A model generated the notes under the pieces. That model did no database searches. It had not been told where the DNA came from and worked only from the letters and a program-made list of their open reading frames with translations. Made by a program: the position numbers and the translations under genes. A stretch of DNA of 32,000 bases from positions 7,257,913 through 7,289,912 of the forward strand of contig NZ_KK073874.1 in NCBI RefSeq assembly GCF_000585375.1, read 5' to 3'. Below are positions 15,981-25,315 of the stretch, piece by piece. Source of the DNA: Cryptosporangium arvum DSM 44712. GTDB lineage: Bacteria > Actinomycetota > Actinomycetes > Mycobacteriales > Cryptosporangiaceae. Position 1 is the first letter of the stretch; each line of letters begins with the position of its first letter.

Positions 15981-18548
15981 GTGAGCGCCACGACCGACAG
16001 CACCGCGACCGGTAGCAGCAGTAATCGGACCCCTCGGACCCGGGACTCCAGCGGCCGCTTCGTCGCCCGTACCCGGGGCACCGTCGCGCCGGAGGACGCC
16101 ACCGTCGGCGCCCCGGTGATCGCGGCCGAGCGCAACGGCTCGGCCGCCGTCGTCGAGCCGGTCGGGTCGCCGTCCCGCAACGGCGCTCCGCGGGCGCCGG
16201 AGACCCCGATCGCGCCGACGGACCCGAAAGTGGCGGACGCCACGGCCGGAGGACCGCCGGAGCCGGCCTCGGCCAACGGCGTCGCCACCGCCGTGACCTC
16301 GGCCGACGCGGCAGCGGTCGCCGGCGCCGGGACCACCACGGCGGGCGTGGAGCCGGCCGACGACAGCGACACCGGGGCCGGGCTCGGACCCCTGGTGGCC
16401 GACGCGGCCGGCGAGGCGGCCCCGGTCACCACCGAGGAGCTGACCGAGGAGGTCGAGGAGCTCGGCGAGGACGAGACGCCGCTCGAGGACCAGCCGCTGC
16501 CGGAGGGCCGCTTCCTCAACCGCGAGCTGTCCTGGCTCGACTTCAACGCCCGGGTGCTCGCGCTGGGCGAGGACACCACGGTCCCGCTGCTCGAACGGGC
16601 CAAGTTCCTGGCGATCTTCGCCTCGAACCTCGACGAGTTTTACATGGTGCGAGTCGCCGGCCTCAAGCGGCGGCGCTCCACCGGCCTCTCGGTGCGCTCG
16701 GTGGACGGCCTGTCGACGGGAGACCAGCTTTCGCTGATCGCCCAGCGCGCCGCGGAACTGGTCGAACGGCACGCCCGCTGCTTCTCCGACGACGTCCAGC
16801 CCGCGCTGGAGGCCACCGGGATCAAGATCCTGCACTGGGCCGAGCTCTCCGACGACGAGCAGCACCGCCTGCACCGGTTCTTCCGCGAGCTGATCTTCCC
16901 GGTGCTGACGCCTCTGGCGGTCGACCCGGCGCACCCGTTCCCGTACATCAGCGGCCTGTCGCTCAACCTGGCCGTCGTGGTCCGCGACCCGGAGAGCGGC
17001 CAGGGCTCGGAGCGCTTCGCCCGCGTCAAGGTGCCCGACAACGTGCCGCGGTTCGTCGCCGTCGAGGGCGGTTTCCTCCCCGTCGAGGACCTGATCGCGG
17101 TCCACCTGAGCCAGCTCTTCCCCGGCATGCAGGTCGTCGAGCACCACCTCTTCCGCGTCACCCGCAACGCCGACCTCGAGGTGGAGGAGGACCGCGACGA
17201 GGACCTCCTGCAGGCCCTCGAGCGCGAGCTGGCCCGGCGCCGGTTCGGCCCGGTCGTCCGGCTCGAGGTCGCGTCGAACGTCAGCGAGCACGTGCTGGAG
17301 CTGCTGGTCCGTGAGCTCGACGTGGCCGAGCAGGACGTGCTGCGGGTGCCCGGGCTGCTCGACCTGTCGGGCCTGTTCGCGCTGGCCGGCGTCGACCGTC
17401 CGGAGCTCAAGTACGAGCCGTTCGTGCCCGCCACCCACCCGCGCTTCTCCGAGGGCGAGACGCCGCGCAGCGTGTTCGCGACGTTGCGCGAGGGCGACGT
17501 GCTGGTGCACCACCCGTACCACTCGTTCGCGACGAGCGTGCAGCGCTTCATCGAGCAGGCCGCCGCCGACCCGAACGTGCTGGCGATCAAGCAGACGCTC
17601 TACCGCACCTCCGGCGACTCGCCGATCGTCGACGCGCTGATCGACGCGGCCAGCGCGGGCAAGCAGGTCGTCGTCCTGGTCGAGATCAAGGCGCGCTTCG
17701 ACGAACAGGCCAACATCTCCTGGGCGAAGGCGCTGGAGCGGGCCGGCTGCCACGTCGTCTACGGCCTGGTCGGCCTGAAGACGCACTGCAAGACGTCGCT
17801 GGTGGTGCGTAACGAGAACGGCCGCATCCGCCGGTACGCGCACATCGGCACCGGCAACTACAACCCGAAGACCGCGCGGCTCTACGAGGACCTCGGCCTG
17901 TTCACCGCCGACCCCGACGTCGGCCGCGACCTGACCGACCTGTTCAACGTGCTCACCGGCTACTCGCGTCAGACCGACTACCGCACGCTGATGGTGGCCC
18001 CGTACGGCGTCCGGCGCGGCATCGTGGAGCGCGTCGAGCGCGAGATCGAGCACGTGCGAGCCGGTCAGCCCGGTCTGGTGCAGCTCAAGGCGAACTCGAT
18101 CGTCGACGAGGGCATCATCGATTCGCTCTACCGGGCCTCGCGGGCGGGTGTCCGCGTCGACCTGGTGATCCGGGGTATCTGCGCGCTGCGGCCGGGTGTC
18201 CCCGGCCTCTCCGAGAACATCCGGGTCCGCTCGATCCTGGGCCGGTTCCTGGAGCACTCCCGCGTGATCCGGTTCGGCAACGGCGCTCCCGGCACCGAGG
18301 CCGAGGAGTTCTGGATCGGCTCGGCCGACATGATGCACCGCAACCTCGACCGCCGGGTCGAGGCGATGGTGCGGGTCACCGACGACCAGGCGCGCCGGGC
18401 CCTGCGGTCGACGCTCGACACCTCGCTGGCCGCCTCCGCCGCCGCGTTCGAGCTCGGCCCGGACGGAGGGTGGACGCGTCGGCAGGGCACACCCGACCGC
18501 CCGCTGCGTGACGTCCAGGAGACGCTTTTGACCCGGATCATCGGCTGA
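15981..18548 (+). CDS. ppk1: Polyphosphate kinase 1 with a long disordered N-terminal extension
   Basis: An 855-aa ORF. The PPK1 core begins at [17 protein letters not shown]...[15 protein letters not shown] and continues through the tandem PLD-like C-terminal domains ([16 protein letters not shown]). High GC3 runs from GTG 15981 through the Ala/Thr/Pro/Glu-rich first ~176 codons, which supports their translation. Confidence 0.93.
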   Translation: MSATTDSTATGSSSNRTPRTRDSSGRFVARTRGTVAPEDATVGAPVIAAERNGSAAVVEPVGSPSRNGAPRAPETPIAPTDPKVADATAGGPPEPASANGVATAVTSADAAAVAGAGTTTAGVEPADDSDTGAGLGPLVADAAGEAAPVTTEELTEEVEELGEDETPLEDQPLPEGRFLNRELSWLDFNARVLALGEDTTVPLLERAKFLAIFASNLDEFYMVRVAGLKRRRSTGLSVRSVDGLSTGDQLSLIAQRAAELVERHARCFSDDVQPALEATGIKILHWAELSDDEQHRLHRFFRELIFPVLTPLAVDPAHPFPYISGLSLNLAVVVRDPESGQGSERFARVKVPDNVPRFVAVEGGFLPVEDLIAVHLSQLFPGMQVVEHHLFRVTRNADLEVEEDRDEDLLQALERELARRRFGPVVRLEVASNVSEHVLELLVRELDVAEQDVLRVPGLLDLSGLFALAGVDRPELKYEPFVPATHPRFSEGETPRSVFATLREGDVLVHHPYHSFATSVQRFIEQAAADPNVLAIKQTLYRTSGDSPIVDALIDAASAGKQVVVLVEIKARFDEQANISWAKALERAGCHVVYGLVGLKTHCKTSLVVRNENGRIRRYAHIGTGNYNPKTARLYEDLGLFTADPDVGRDLTDLFNVLTGYSRQTDYRTLMVAPYGVRRGIVERVEREIEHVRAGQPGLVQLKANSIVDEGIIDSLYRASRAGVRVDLVIRGICALRPGVPGLSENIRVRSILGRFLEHSRVIRFGNGAPGTEAEEFWIGSADMMHRNLDRRVEAMVRVTDDQARRALRSTLDTSLAASAAAFELGPDGGWTRRQGTPDRPLRDVQETLLTRIIG

Positions 18549-18564
18549 GAAGGCGGGACAGGCA

Positions 18565-20097
18565 TTGCGTGAAGAGGAACTGAAGTTCGGTGTCCACGGC
18601 AAGTTCGTGCTCCCGGATCTTTCGGGAGTAGCCGGTCGGGTCGAGCCCCAGGGCCGCCAGGTGCTCACCGCGGTGTACTACGACACCGCTGATCTGCGGC
18701 TGGCCCGCCTCGGCATCACGCTGCGCCACCGCACCGGCGAGGACGGGCCGCCCTGGCACCTCAAGCTGCCCAAGGGCGCGACCGCGGCCGGGGCGACGGT
18801 CCGCGAGGAGATCGCGGTCGACGGCCCGCCCGACGCTCCCCCGCCGGCGCTGACCACGCTCGTCACCGCCTGGGTCCGCACCGCGCCGCTGGTGGCCGTG
18901 GCGACGTTGCGCACCGACCGGGACCGGTACCTGATCCGGGCCGGCAAGAAGATCCTGGCCGAACTGGTCGACGACACCGTCGAGGTCTCCGAGGGGCGCG
19001 GGCTGCTGGCCGACGGGTCCGGCGTCCGCACGAGTTTCCGGGAGATCGAGGTCGAGCGGAAGGCCGACGGCAAGAAGGCCGACCAGGCGCTGACCACCGC
19101 GGCGGCCGTGCTCGTGGACGCGGGTGCGGCGGCCGGCGCGACGACGCCGAAGCTGGTGCGCGCGCTCGGCCGACGCGCCACCGCACCGCCGGACGTGCCG
19201 GTCGCGGGCGAGGTCAACGACTCCTCGTCGGCCGCGGACGCGATCGCGTTCGTACTGCGCCGGTCCGCGCGCCGGCTGCTCGACTACGACGTGCGGGTCC
19301 GCCGCGGCGAGCCCGACGCGGTGCACCAGGCGCGGGTGTGCTGCCGTCGGCTGCGGAGCGATCTGCGGACGTTCGGTCCGCTCGTCGACGCGGAGTGGGC
19401 CGCGCCGATCGACGCCGAGTTGCGGTGGCTCGCGGCCGCGCTCGGCGGCCCCCGGGACGCCGAAGTGCTGCGCGCCCGGCTACGGTCGACCGCTGACACC
19501 GACCCACTCGCGCCGTTGGACCCCGCGGTCATCGCCCGGATCGACTCGATCCTCGGAGATCGGCAGCGGCTGGCGCTGAAGAATCTGGACGCCGCTTTGA
19601 GCTCCGACCGTTACCCCGCCCTGTTGGACCTGCTGATCGAGACCGTCCGTGCCCCGGAGACCGTCGACCTCGCCGACCAGCGGGCCGTCTGGGTGCTCCC
19701 CGCGATGGTCGAGACGGTCTGGGACAAGCTGGCGCGGAAGGCGGGCAAGCTGACGCTCGAGGATCCCGACGACACCTGGCACGCGTCGCGGATCCGGGCC
19801 AAGCGCGCCCGGTACGCGTCCGAGGCGGTGGCTCCGGTGCTCGGGGCGCCGGCCACCCGGCTGGCCAAGGCCTGCGCGCAGGTGCAGGAGGTGCTGGGCG
19901 AGCACCAGGACGCCGCGATCGCCGCTGACGAGTGGCGTGACATCGCGCTGGCCCACTCCGACGACACCGAGTTGGTGATCACCTGCGGGCGGCTGTACGA
20001 GCGCGAGCGCGCCGCGGTGCACGCGTCCCGGAACCGGTTCGCGCCGGTGTGGGAGAGCGCCGATCGGCCCAAGCTGACGCGTTGGCTGCGGGGATGA
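18565..20097 (+). CDS. CYTH and CHAD domain-containing protein
   Basis: N-terminal ExExK motif (REEELKF) plus YYDTADLRLARLGITLRHR indicate a triphosphate tunnel fold. The C-terminal helical CHAD part has conserved H/R positions (VHQARVCCRRLRSDLRTF, RAKRARYASE, LGEHQD). The TTG start at 18565 is the only in-frame start after the ppk1 stop, so it is somewhat uncertain. Confidence 0.88.
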   Translation: MREEELKFGVHGKFVLPDLSGVAGRVEPQGRQVLTAVYYDTADLRLARLGITLRHRTGEDGPPWHLKLPKGATAAGATVREEIAVDGPPDAPPPALTTLVTAWVRTAPLVAVATLRTDRDRYLIRAGKKILAELVDDTVEVSEGRGLLADGSGVRTSFREIEVERKADGKKADQALTTAAAVLVDAGAAAGATTPKLVRALGRRATAPPDVPVAGEVNDSSSAADAIAFVLRRSARRLLDYDVRVRRGEPDAVHQARVCCRRLRSDLRTFGPLVDAEWAAPIDAELRWLAAALGGPRDAEVLRARLRSTADTDPLAPLDPAVIARIDSILGDRQRLALKNLDAALSSDRYPALLDLLIETVRAPETVDLADQRAVWVLPAMVETVWDKLARKAGKLTLEDPDDTWHASRIRAKRARYASEAVAPVLGAPATRLAKACAQVQEVLGEHQDAAIAADEWRDIALAHSDDTELVITCGRLYERERAAVHASRNRFAPVWESADRPKLTRWLRG

Positions 20098-21056
20098 GCG
20101 CCGCCGACGAGGTCGTCCGCGCGGCGGGCGGCGTCGTCTGGCGTACCGGGGCGGACGGCGTGGAGATCGCCGTCGTCCACCGGCCGCGCTACGACGACTG
20201 GTCGCTGCCGAAGGGCAAGCTCGATCCCGACGAACACGTGCTGGCCGCGGCCTGCCGCGAGGTGATCGAGGAGACCGGGCTGCAGCCGGTGGTGGGCCCG
20301 CGCCTGCCCTCGACGTCCTACCAGGTCGAACCGCACGGACGGCACCGCACCACCGGCGGACCCGGGCTGGTGCCCAAGGTCGTCGACTACTGGGCGATGC
20401 GTGCGGCCGAGGGCGAGTTCACGCGCAACGAAGAGGTCGACGGGCTGGCCTGGCTCACGCCGGAGCAGGCGGCGACGCGGGTCACCCACGCGCACGACGC
20501 GGGCGTGATCCGCAGGTTCGGCGCGCTGCCCGAGATCACCGCGACCGTGTTGCTCGTCCGGCACGCGAAGGCCGGTGACAAGAACACCTGGACCGGCCCC
20601 GACGCGGACCGCCCGCTCGAGCCCAGCGGACAGGCGCAGGCGGTCTGGCTGGCCGAGCTGCTGCCGTGGTTCCGGCCGGAGCGCGTGCTCTCGGCCACCA
20701 AACTGCGCTGCCTGCAGACGATCGAGCCGCTGGCGTCGGCGCTCGGGCAGAAGGTCGTCTCCGACAGCGTCTTCGACGAGGAGTCGTTCGACGATCCCGA
20801 CGCCGTCGTCGCGCGGTTCCGTGCGCTGGCTACCGAGGGCGGGGTGTCGGTGGTGTGCAGCCAGGGTGGTCTGATCCCCGGCGTCGTCACCGAGTTGGCC
20901 GAGGCCGACGACTCGATCGTCGACATCACTCCGGCGGCCCACCGGCGGGGTGCGCTGCGCAGCCGCAAGGGCAGCGTGTGGGTGCTCCATTTCGCCGGTG
21001 AGCGCCTGGTGCAGGCCGACTACCTGGCCACGATCCGTCCGGAGAGCAACCCCTAA
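20094..21056 (+). CDS. mutT1: Nudix hydrolase fused to a histidine-phosphatase domain (MutT1/Rv2985-like)
   Basis: ATG at 20094 overlaps the CHAD gene stop (ATGA). There is a perfect Nudix box, GKLDPDEHVLAAACREVIEETGL. The C-terminal half begins LLVRHAKAG (RHG-type phosphohistidine motif). This is the same two-domain architecture and ppk1/hupB neighbourhood as M. tuberculosis MutT1. Confidence 0.9.
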   Translation: MSAADEVVRAAGGVVWRTGADGVEIAVVHRPRYDDWSLPKGKLDPDEHVLAAACREVIEETGLQPVVGPRLPSTSYQVEPHGRHRTTGGPGLVPKVVDYWAMRAAEGEFTRNEEVDGLAWLTPEQAATRVTHAHDAGVIRRFGALPEITATVLLVRHAKAGDKNTWTGPDADRPLEPSGQAQAVWLAELLPWFRPERVLSATKLRCLQTIEPLASALGQKVVSDSVFDEESFDDPDAVVARFRALATEGGVSVVCSQGGLIPGVVTELAEADDSIVDITPAAHRRGALRSRKGSVWVLHFAGERLVQADYLATIRPESNP

Positions 21057-21065
21057 CGACGGGAC

Positions 21066-21122
21066 GGCCGCGGGACCTGGGAGAACGTCGCTTCCCCGCG
21101 ACGTCTCGTTGGTCCCGCGGCC
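21066..21122. terminator. Bidirectional composite hairpin between convergent mutT1-like gene and hupB
   Basis: A perfect 12-bp outer stem, ggccgcgggacc / ggtcccgcggcc, encloses a second imperfect stem (gagaacgtcgc / gcgacgtctc). There is no U-tract. Confidence 0.65.
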
Positions 21123-21145
21123 GGCACCCGGTCGAACGGACCTAC

Positions 21146-22222
21146 TTACTTCTTCTTCTTGCCGGCCGGCTTGACCTTCTTGCCCGCCGACTTGGGCGCG
21201 GTGGCCGCCTTCGCCGGAGCCGCCTTCGCGGTCGCGGTCTTGGCCGGCGCGGTCTTCGCGGCCGCGGTCTTCGCCGGGGCCTTCGTCGCGGTCTTGGCCG
21301 GTGCGCTCTTCGCCGCCGCGGTCTTGGCCGGCGCCGACTTGACCGCCTTGACCGGAGACGCCTTGGCGGTGGCCTTGGCCGGAGCGGTCTTCGCAGCGAC
21401 CTTCGTGGCCGTGTTCTTGGCCGCCGTCGCCTTGGTGGCCGCCGTGCGCGTGGTCGCCTTGGTGGTGGCGGCCTTCGTCGCGGCGGTCCGCGTCGCGGTG
21501 GTGGCCTTGGCCGCGGTGGTCTTCGCCGCGGTGGTCTTGGTCGCGGTCGCCTTGGCCGCGGTCTTGGCCGGAGCCTTGGCCGCCGCGGTGGTCTTGGTCG
21601 CGGTCGCCTTCGCCGCGGTCTTCGCCGGAGCCTTGGCCGCGGTGGCGCGCGACGGGGTGCTCTTGGCCGCGGTCGCCTTGGCCGCGGTCTTCGCCGGAGC
21701 CTTCGTCGCGGTGGCGCGCGCCGCCGTGGTCTTGGTGGCGGTCGCGGTGCTCTTGGTCGCACGCGTCGGCGTGCCGTTGACCGAGCGGGTGGACGCGGTA
21801 CGCGCCGACGCCGGACGAGCGGCACCGTTGCGCGACGCCGTCGTCGCGCGGGCCGTCGTGCCGGTGGTGCGGGTCGCGGCCGCGACCGGAGCGGACGTAC
21901 TGCCCGACACCGCCGCGATCGACGCCACCGGAGCCTTCGCCAGCTTCTTGGTGCCGGTGACGACATCCTTGAAGCCCTGCCCCGCCTTGAACGCCGGGGT
22001 GAACGACTTCTTCACCTTGACGGTCTCACCGGTACGCGGATTGCGCGCGGTCCGTGCGTTGCGGATGCGCTTCTCAAACGTGCCGAAGCCGGTGATGCCG
22101 ACGCGCTCGCCGCGAGCGACGGCCCGCTGGATCTCCTCGAGCACTCCGTCGAGAGCCTCGGTAGCGGCGCGTTTGTCACCGAGCCGCTGCACGAGTGCCT
22201 CGATCAGTTCGGTCTTGTTCAC
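21146..22222 (-). CDS. hupB: Nucleoid-associated protein HU with extended Ala/Thr/Lys-repeat C-terminal tail (HupB/Hlp type)
   Basis: GTG at 22222 follows GAGGGGGAA. The first ~90 aa are a canonical HU fold (MNKTELIEAL...GFGTFEKRIRNARTARNPRTGETVKV). They are followed by ~268 aa of low-complexity tail containing seven PAKTA units and ending KKVKPAGKKKK. Confidence 0.95.
   Translation of the reverse strand: MNKTELIEALVQRLGDKRAATEALDGVLEEIQRAVARGERVGITGFGTFEKRIRNARTARNPRTGETVKVKKSFTPAFKAGQGFKDVVTGTKKLAKAPVASIAAVSGSTSAPVAAATRTTGTTARATTASRNGAARPASARTASTRSVNGTPTRATKSTATATKTTAARATATKAPAKTAAKATAAKSTPSRATAAKAPAKTAAKATATKTTAAAKAPAKTAAKATATKTTAAKTTAAKATTATRTAATKAATTKATTRTAATKATAAKNTATKVAAKTAPAKATAKASPVKAVKSAPAKTAAAKSAPAKTATKAPAKTAAAKTAPAKTATAKAAPAKAATAPKSAGKKVKPAGKKKK
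21149..21952 (-). repeat. Coding low-complexity/tandem-repeat tract (HupB tail)
   Basis: The DNA is built from recurring gccttggccgcggtcttggccgg-type units. These include a 57-nt tandem duplication (about 21528-21584 and 21585-21641) that differs at two positions. The repetitiveness leaves long spurious ORFs open in other frames and on the other strand. Confidence 0.85.
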
Positions 22223-22284
22223 TAGTTCCCCCTCAAAGTGCGCATCCAGGTACGAATGCGCGCAGGCCGGACGCCTCGGCGCGA

Positions 22285-22313
22285 ACGTTAGGCCCGCTTT
22301 CGAGAATGCACAA
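22285..22313 (-). promoter_or_regulatory. Candidate hupB promoter
   Basis: On the minus strand: TTGTGC, a 17-nt spacer, then TAACGT (TANNNT), about 60-70 nt upstream of the hupB GTG, in the least GC-rich part of the 244-bp gap. Based on pattern match only. Confidence 0.25.
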
Positions 22314-22401
22314 TGACCAAAGGAGGACGAATTTCGTTGTGTCGTAACGGTTTCGGGTGTTCTGAGCCCGATTTACGCGTGTAGCGGCCTCTCCGACGGT
22401 G

Positions 22402-22449
22402 AAAAACGAAGCGGCCGGAATCCGTTGACGCGCAACGAATTCCGGCCGC
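22402..22449 (-). terminator. Intrinsic terminator downstream of leuD
   Basis: Read on the minus strand: an 11-bp stem gcggccggaat...attccggccgc with an inner cgttg/caacg stem, followed immediately by TTCGTTTTT. It begins 18 nt after the leuD TAA. Confidence 0.75.
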
Positions 22450-22466
22450 TCGGACCGGCGGAAGCC

Positions 22467-23066
22467 TTACTGCACGGTCGACAGCGTGCGCGGCAACCAG
22501 CCCGGACGCTTCTTCTCGAACTCGTCGACGGCATCTGCGTGGCGCAGCGTCAGGCCGATGTCGTCGAGGCCTTCCAGCAGGCGCCAACGGCTGTAGTCGT
22601 CGAACTCGAATTCCTCGACCTGGTCGCCGAAACGCACCTGGCGAGCGCGTAGATCGACCGTGACCTCGGCGGCCGGATCGGCCTCGATCACCTTCCAGAG
22701 CGACTCGACGGTCTCTTCCGGCAGAACAACCGTGAGTAGACCGGCCTTGAGCGAGTTACCCCGGAAGATATCGGCGAAGCGCGGCGAGATGACGACCTTG
22801 AAGCCGTAGTCCATCAACGCCCAGACCGCGTGTTCCCGCGAGGAACCGGTACCGAACTCGGGCCCCGCGACCAGGATCGTGCCGTTCGTGTATTCGGGCT
22901 GATTGAGCACGAACTCGGGATCGCCGCGCCAGGCCGAGAACAGTCCGTCCTCGAAACCAGTACGCGTGACCCGCTTCAGGTACACGGCCGGGATGATCTG
23001 ATCCGTGTCGACGTTGGACCGGCGCAGCGGAACGGCCCGGCCGGTGTGCGTGGTGAATTGCTCCAT
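22467..23066 (-). CDS. leuD: 3-isopropylmalate dehydratase small subunit
   Basis: A 199-aa ORF starting at ATG 23066. The sequence [23 protein letters not shown]...[17 protein letters not shown] is canonical LeuD. Confidence 0.96.
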   Translation of the reverse strand: MEQFTTHTGRAVPLRRSNVDTDQIIPAVYLKRVTRTGFEDGLFSAWRGDPEFVLNQPEYTNGTILVAGPEFGTGSSREHAVWALMDYGFKVVISPRFADIFRGNSLKAGLLTVVLPEETVESLWKVIEADPAAEVTVDLRARQVRFGDQVEEFEFDDYSRWRLLEGLDDIGLTLRHADAVDEFEKKRPGWLPRTLSTVQ

Positions 23067-23072
23067 GACTTT

Positions 23073-24500
23073 TCAGCTCCCCACAGCGGCGGTCTCGACC
23101 GGCGGCAGATCGGCCGGCGCGGACAGGTGGCCGGTGATCGCGGTGGCCGCGGCCACCAGCGGCGACACCAGGTGCGTCCGGCCGCCCTTGCCCTGCCTGC
23201 CCTCGAAGTTGCGGTTCGAGGTGGAGGCCGAGCGCTCCCCCGGCGAGAGCGTGTCGGGGTTCATGCCCAGGCACATCGAGCAACCCGCCTGACGCCACTC
23301 GGCCCCGGCCGCGCTGAAGACCTGGTCCAGGCCCTCGGCCTCGGCCTGCTGCTTGACCTGCATCGAACCGGGCACCACGAGCATGCGGACGCCGTTGGCG
23401 ACCCGCCGCCCGCCGAGCACCGCCGCGGCGGCACGCAGGTCCTCGATCCGGCCGTTGGTGCAGGAACCGAGGAAGACCGTGTCGACCGTGATGTCACGCA
23501 GCGGCGTACCGGCGGTGAGGCCCATGTACTCCAGCGCGCGCTCGGCGGCCGTGCGGGCGCCCGGGTCGGTGAACGACGCCGGGTCGGGCACGTTCTCGCC
23601 CAGCGGGAGGCCCTGGCCCGGGTTCGTGCCCCAGGTGACGAACGGCGTCAGCGCGCTCGCGTCGATGTCGACCTCGACGTCGAAGGTCGCGCCCTCGTCG
23701 GTGGGCAGCGTCTTCCAGTACTCGACCGCGGTGTCCCAGTCCTGGCCCTCCGGTGCGTGGTCACGCCCCTTCAGGTACTCGAACGTGGTCTCGTCGGGCG
23801 CGATCATGCCGGCGCGGGCACCGGCCTCGATCGACATGTTGCAGACCGTCATCCGGCCCTCCATGGAGAGCGCCCGGATCGCCTCGCCCCGGTACTCCAG
23901 GACGTACCCCTGGCCGCCGCCGGTACCGATCTTGGCGATCACCGCCAGGATGATGTCCTTCGGCGTGACGCCGTCCGTGAGCGCGCCGTTGACGTTGATC
24001 GCCATCGTCTTGAACGGCTTGAGCGGCAGCGTCTGGGTGGCGAGCACGTGCTCGACCTCGCTGGTGCCGATGCCGAACGCGAGCGCGCCGAACGCGCCGT
24101 GCGTCGACGTGTGGCTGTCGCCGCAGACCACGGTCATGCCCGGCTGGGTGAGCCCCAGCTGCGGGCCGATGACGTGCACGATGCCCTGGCTGGCGTCGCC
24201 CATCGGGTGCAGGCGGATGCCGAACTCGGCGCAGTTCTTGCGCAGCGTCTCGACCTGCGTGCGGCTGACCGGGTCGGCGATCGGCTTGTCGATGTCGACG
24301 GTGGGGACGTTGTGGTCCTCGGTCGCGATCGTCAGATCGGGACGGCGGACCGGCCGGCCGGCGATTCGAAGACCCTCGAACGCCTGCGGGCTGGTGACCT
24401 CGTGCACGAGGTGCAGATCGATGTAGAGCAGATCCGGTTCACCCGGCTGCGAACGCACGACGTGTGCGTCCCAGACTTTCTCCGCGAGCGTTCGGCCCAT
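23073..24500 (-). CDS. leuC: 3-isopropylmalate dehydratase large subunit
   Basis: A 475-aa ORF starting at ATG 24500. Aconitase-family Fe-S ligand motifs are present: [24 protein letters not shown]. Confidence 0.96.
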   Translation of the reverse strand: MGRTLAEKVWDAHVVRSQPGEPDLLYIDLHLVHEVTSPQAFEGLRIAGRPVRRPDLTIATEDHNVPTVDIDKPIADPVSRTQVETLRKNCAEFGIRLHPMGDASQGIVHVIGPQLGLTQPGMTVVCGDSHTSTHGAFGALAFGIGTSEVEHVLATQTLPLKPFKTMAINVNGALTDGVTPKDIILAVIAKIGTGGGQGYVLEYRGEAIRALSMEGRMTVCNMSIEAGARAGMIAPDETTFEYLKGRDHAPEGQDWDTAVEYWKTLPTDEGATFDVEVDIDASALTPFVTWGTNPGQGLPLGENVPDPASFTDPGARTAAERALEYMGLTAGTPLRDITVDTVFLGSCTNGRIEDLRAAAAVLGGRRVANGVRMLVVPGSMQVKQQAEAEGLDQVFSAAGAEWRQAGCSMCLGMNPDTLSPGERSASTSNRNFEGRQGKGGRTHLVSPLVAAATAITGHLSAPADLPPVETAAVGS

Positions 24501-24553
24501 GTCAGGCTCCCAACTTCATGACTTCCTGCGATGTGGGATGGTAGTTTCGTCTT
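24501..24553. promoter_or_regulatory. Divergent leuCD / IclR-regulator control region
   Basis: A 53-bp gap between divergently transcribed leuC and the IclR gene. It must hold both promoters and probably the regulator's operator. No clear palindrome was resolved by eye. Confidence 0.3.
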
Positions 24554-25252
24554 GTGGGACAGACTATCAGCGGTGTCGGGGTGCTCGACAAGGCCGTGGC
24601 GATCCTCGAGGCCACGGTCGACGGCGCCAGCCTGGCCGAGCTCGTCGAACGTTCCGGCTTGCCCAGGGCCACCGCGCACCGGCTCGCGCAGGCACTCGAG
24701 GCGCACCGGTTGCTCGTCCGGGACGAGGCCGGGCGCTGGCGGCCCGGCCCGCGGCTGGCCGAACTCGCGAACGCCGCCCCCGACGCACTGCTCACCGCCT
24801 CCGCGCCGGTGCTCGCCCAGCTGCGTGACGCGACGGGCGAGAGCGCCCAGCTCTACCTGCGCCGGGCGGACGAGCGGATCTGCGTGGCGGCCGCCGAGCG
24901 GTCCAGCGGGCTGCGTGACACCGTGCCGGTGGGCACCGGGCTGCCGATCACGGCCGGGTCCGGTGCGCAGGTGCTGCTGGCCTGGGAGCCGCCGGAGTCG
25001 GTGCTGCCGCTGCTGCCCCGGTGCCGGTTCAGCGGGCGGACGCTCGCCGAGGTGCGGCGGCGCGGGTGGGCCTCCAGCGTCGCGGAGCGCGAGCCCGGTG
25101 TCGCGTCGGTGTCGGCTCCGGTGCGCGACCGGCAGGGGCGGGTCATCGCGGCGATCTCGATCTCCGGCCCGATAGAGCGTCTGGGCCGCCGCCCCGGCGA
25201 ACGTCATGCCGTGCAGGTGATCCGAGCCGGGCAGCGCCTCTCCGGGTTGTGA
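24554..25252 (+). CDS. IclR family transcriptional regulator (LtbR-like, divergent from leuCD)
   Basis: N-terminal wHTH (GVLDKAVAILEA...LAELVERSGLPRATAHRLAQALE) and a C-terminal IclR effector domain (SVSAPVRDRQGRVIAAISISGP). The same divergent arrangement with leuCD is seen with Corynebacterium LtbR and M. tuberculosis Rv2989. Confidence 0.88.
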   Translation: MGQTISGVGVLDKAVAILEATVDGASLAELVERSGLPRATAHRLAQALEAHRLLVRDEAGRWRPGPRLAELANAAPDALLTASAPVLAQLRDATGESAQLYLRRADERICVAAAERSSGLRDTVPVGTGLPITAGSGAQVLLAWEPPESVLPLLPRCRFSGRTLAEVRRRGWASSVAEREPGVASVSAPVRDRQGRVIAAISISGPIERLGRRPGERHAVQVIRAGQRLSGL

Positions 25253-25265
25253 AGCACCACTGGTG

Positions 25266-25309
25266 AACGACGAAGCCCCGGGCCTGGACAGGCCCGGGGC
25301 TTCGTCGTT
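25266..25309. terminator. Bidirectional hairpin terminator between the IclR gene and the LPXTG gene
   Basis: A perfect 19-bp inverted repeat, aacgacgaagccccgggcc / ggcccggggcttcgtcgtt, with a 6-nt loop. It lies 14 nt after the IclR TGA and 7 nt from the LPXTG-gene stop. Confidence 0.75.
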
Positions 25310-25315
25310 GGTGCG

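Noticed and set aside
15954-18668. 904-aa minus-strand ORF
   Set aside because: It is antisense to ppk1, whose PPK1 motifs are clear. Its composition is dominated by Arg/Asp/Gly/Val, typical of a shadow frame.
21142-22316. Arg/Pro-only 274-aa ORF (minus strand, other frame) and 385-aa Ala/Val ORF (plus strand) over the hupB locus. I also briefly considered the regular DNA repeats as a possible CRISPR-like array.
   Set aside because: Both ORFs are by-products of the in-frame Ala/Thr/Lys codon repeats of the HupB tail. The repeats are contiguous with no unique spacers, lie inside a gene with a canonical HU head, and there are no cas genes. This is not CRISPR.
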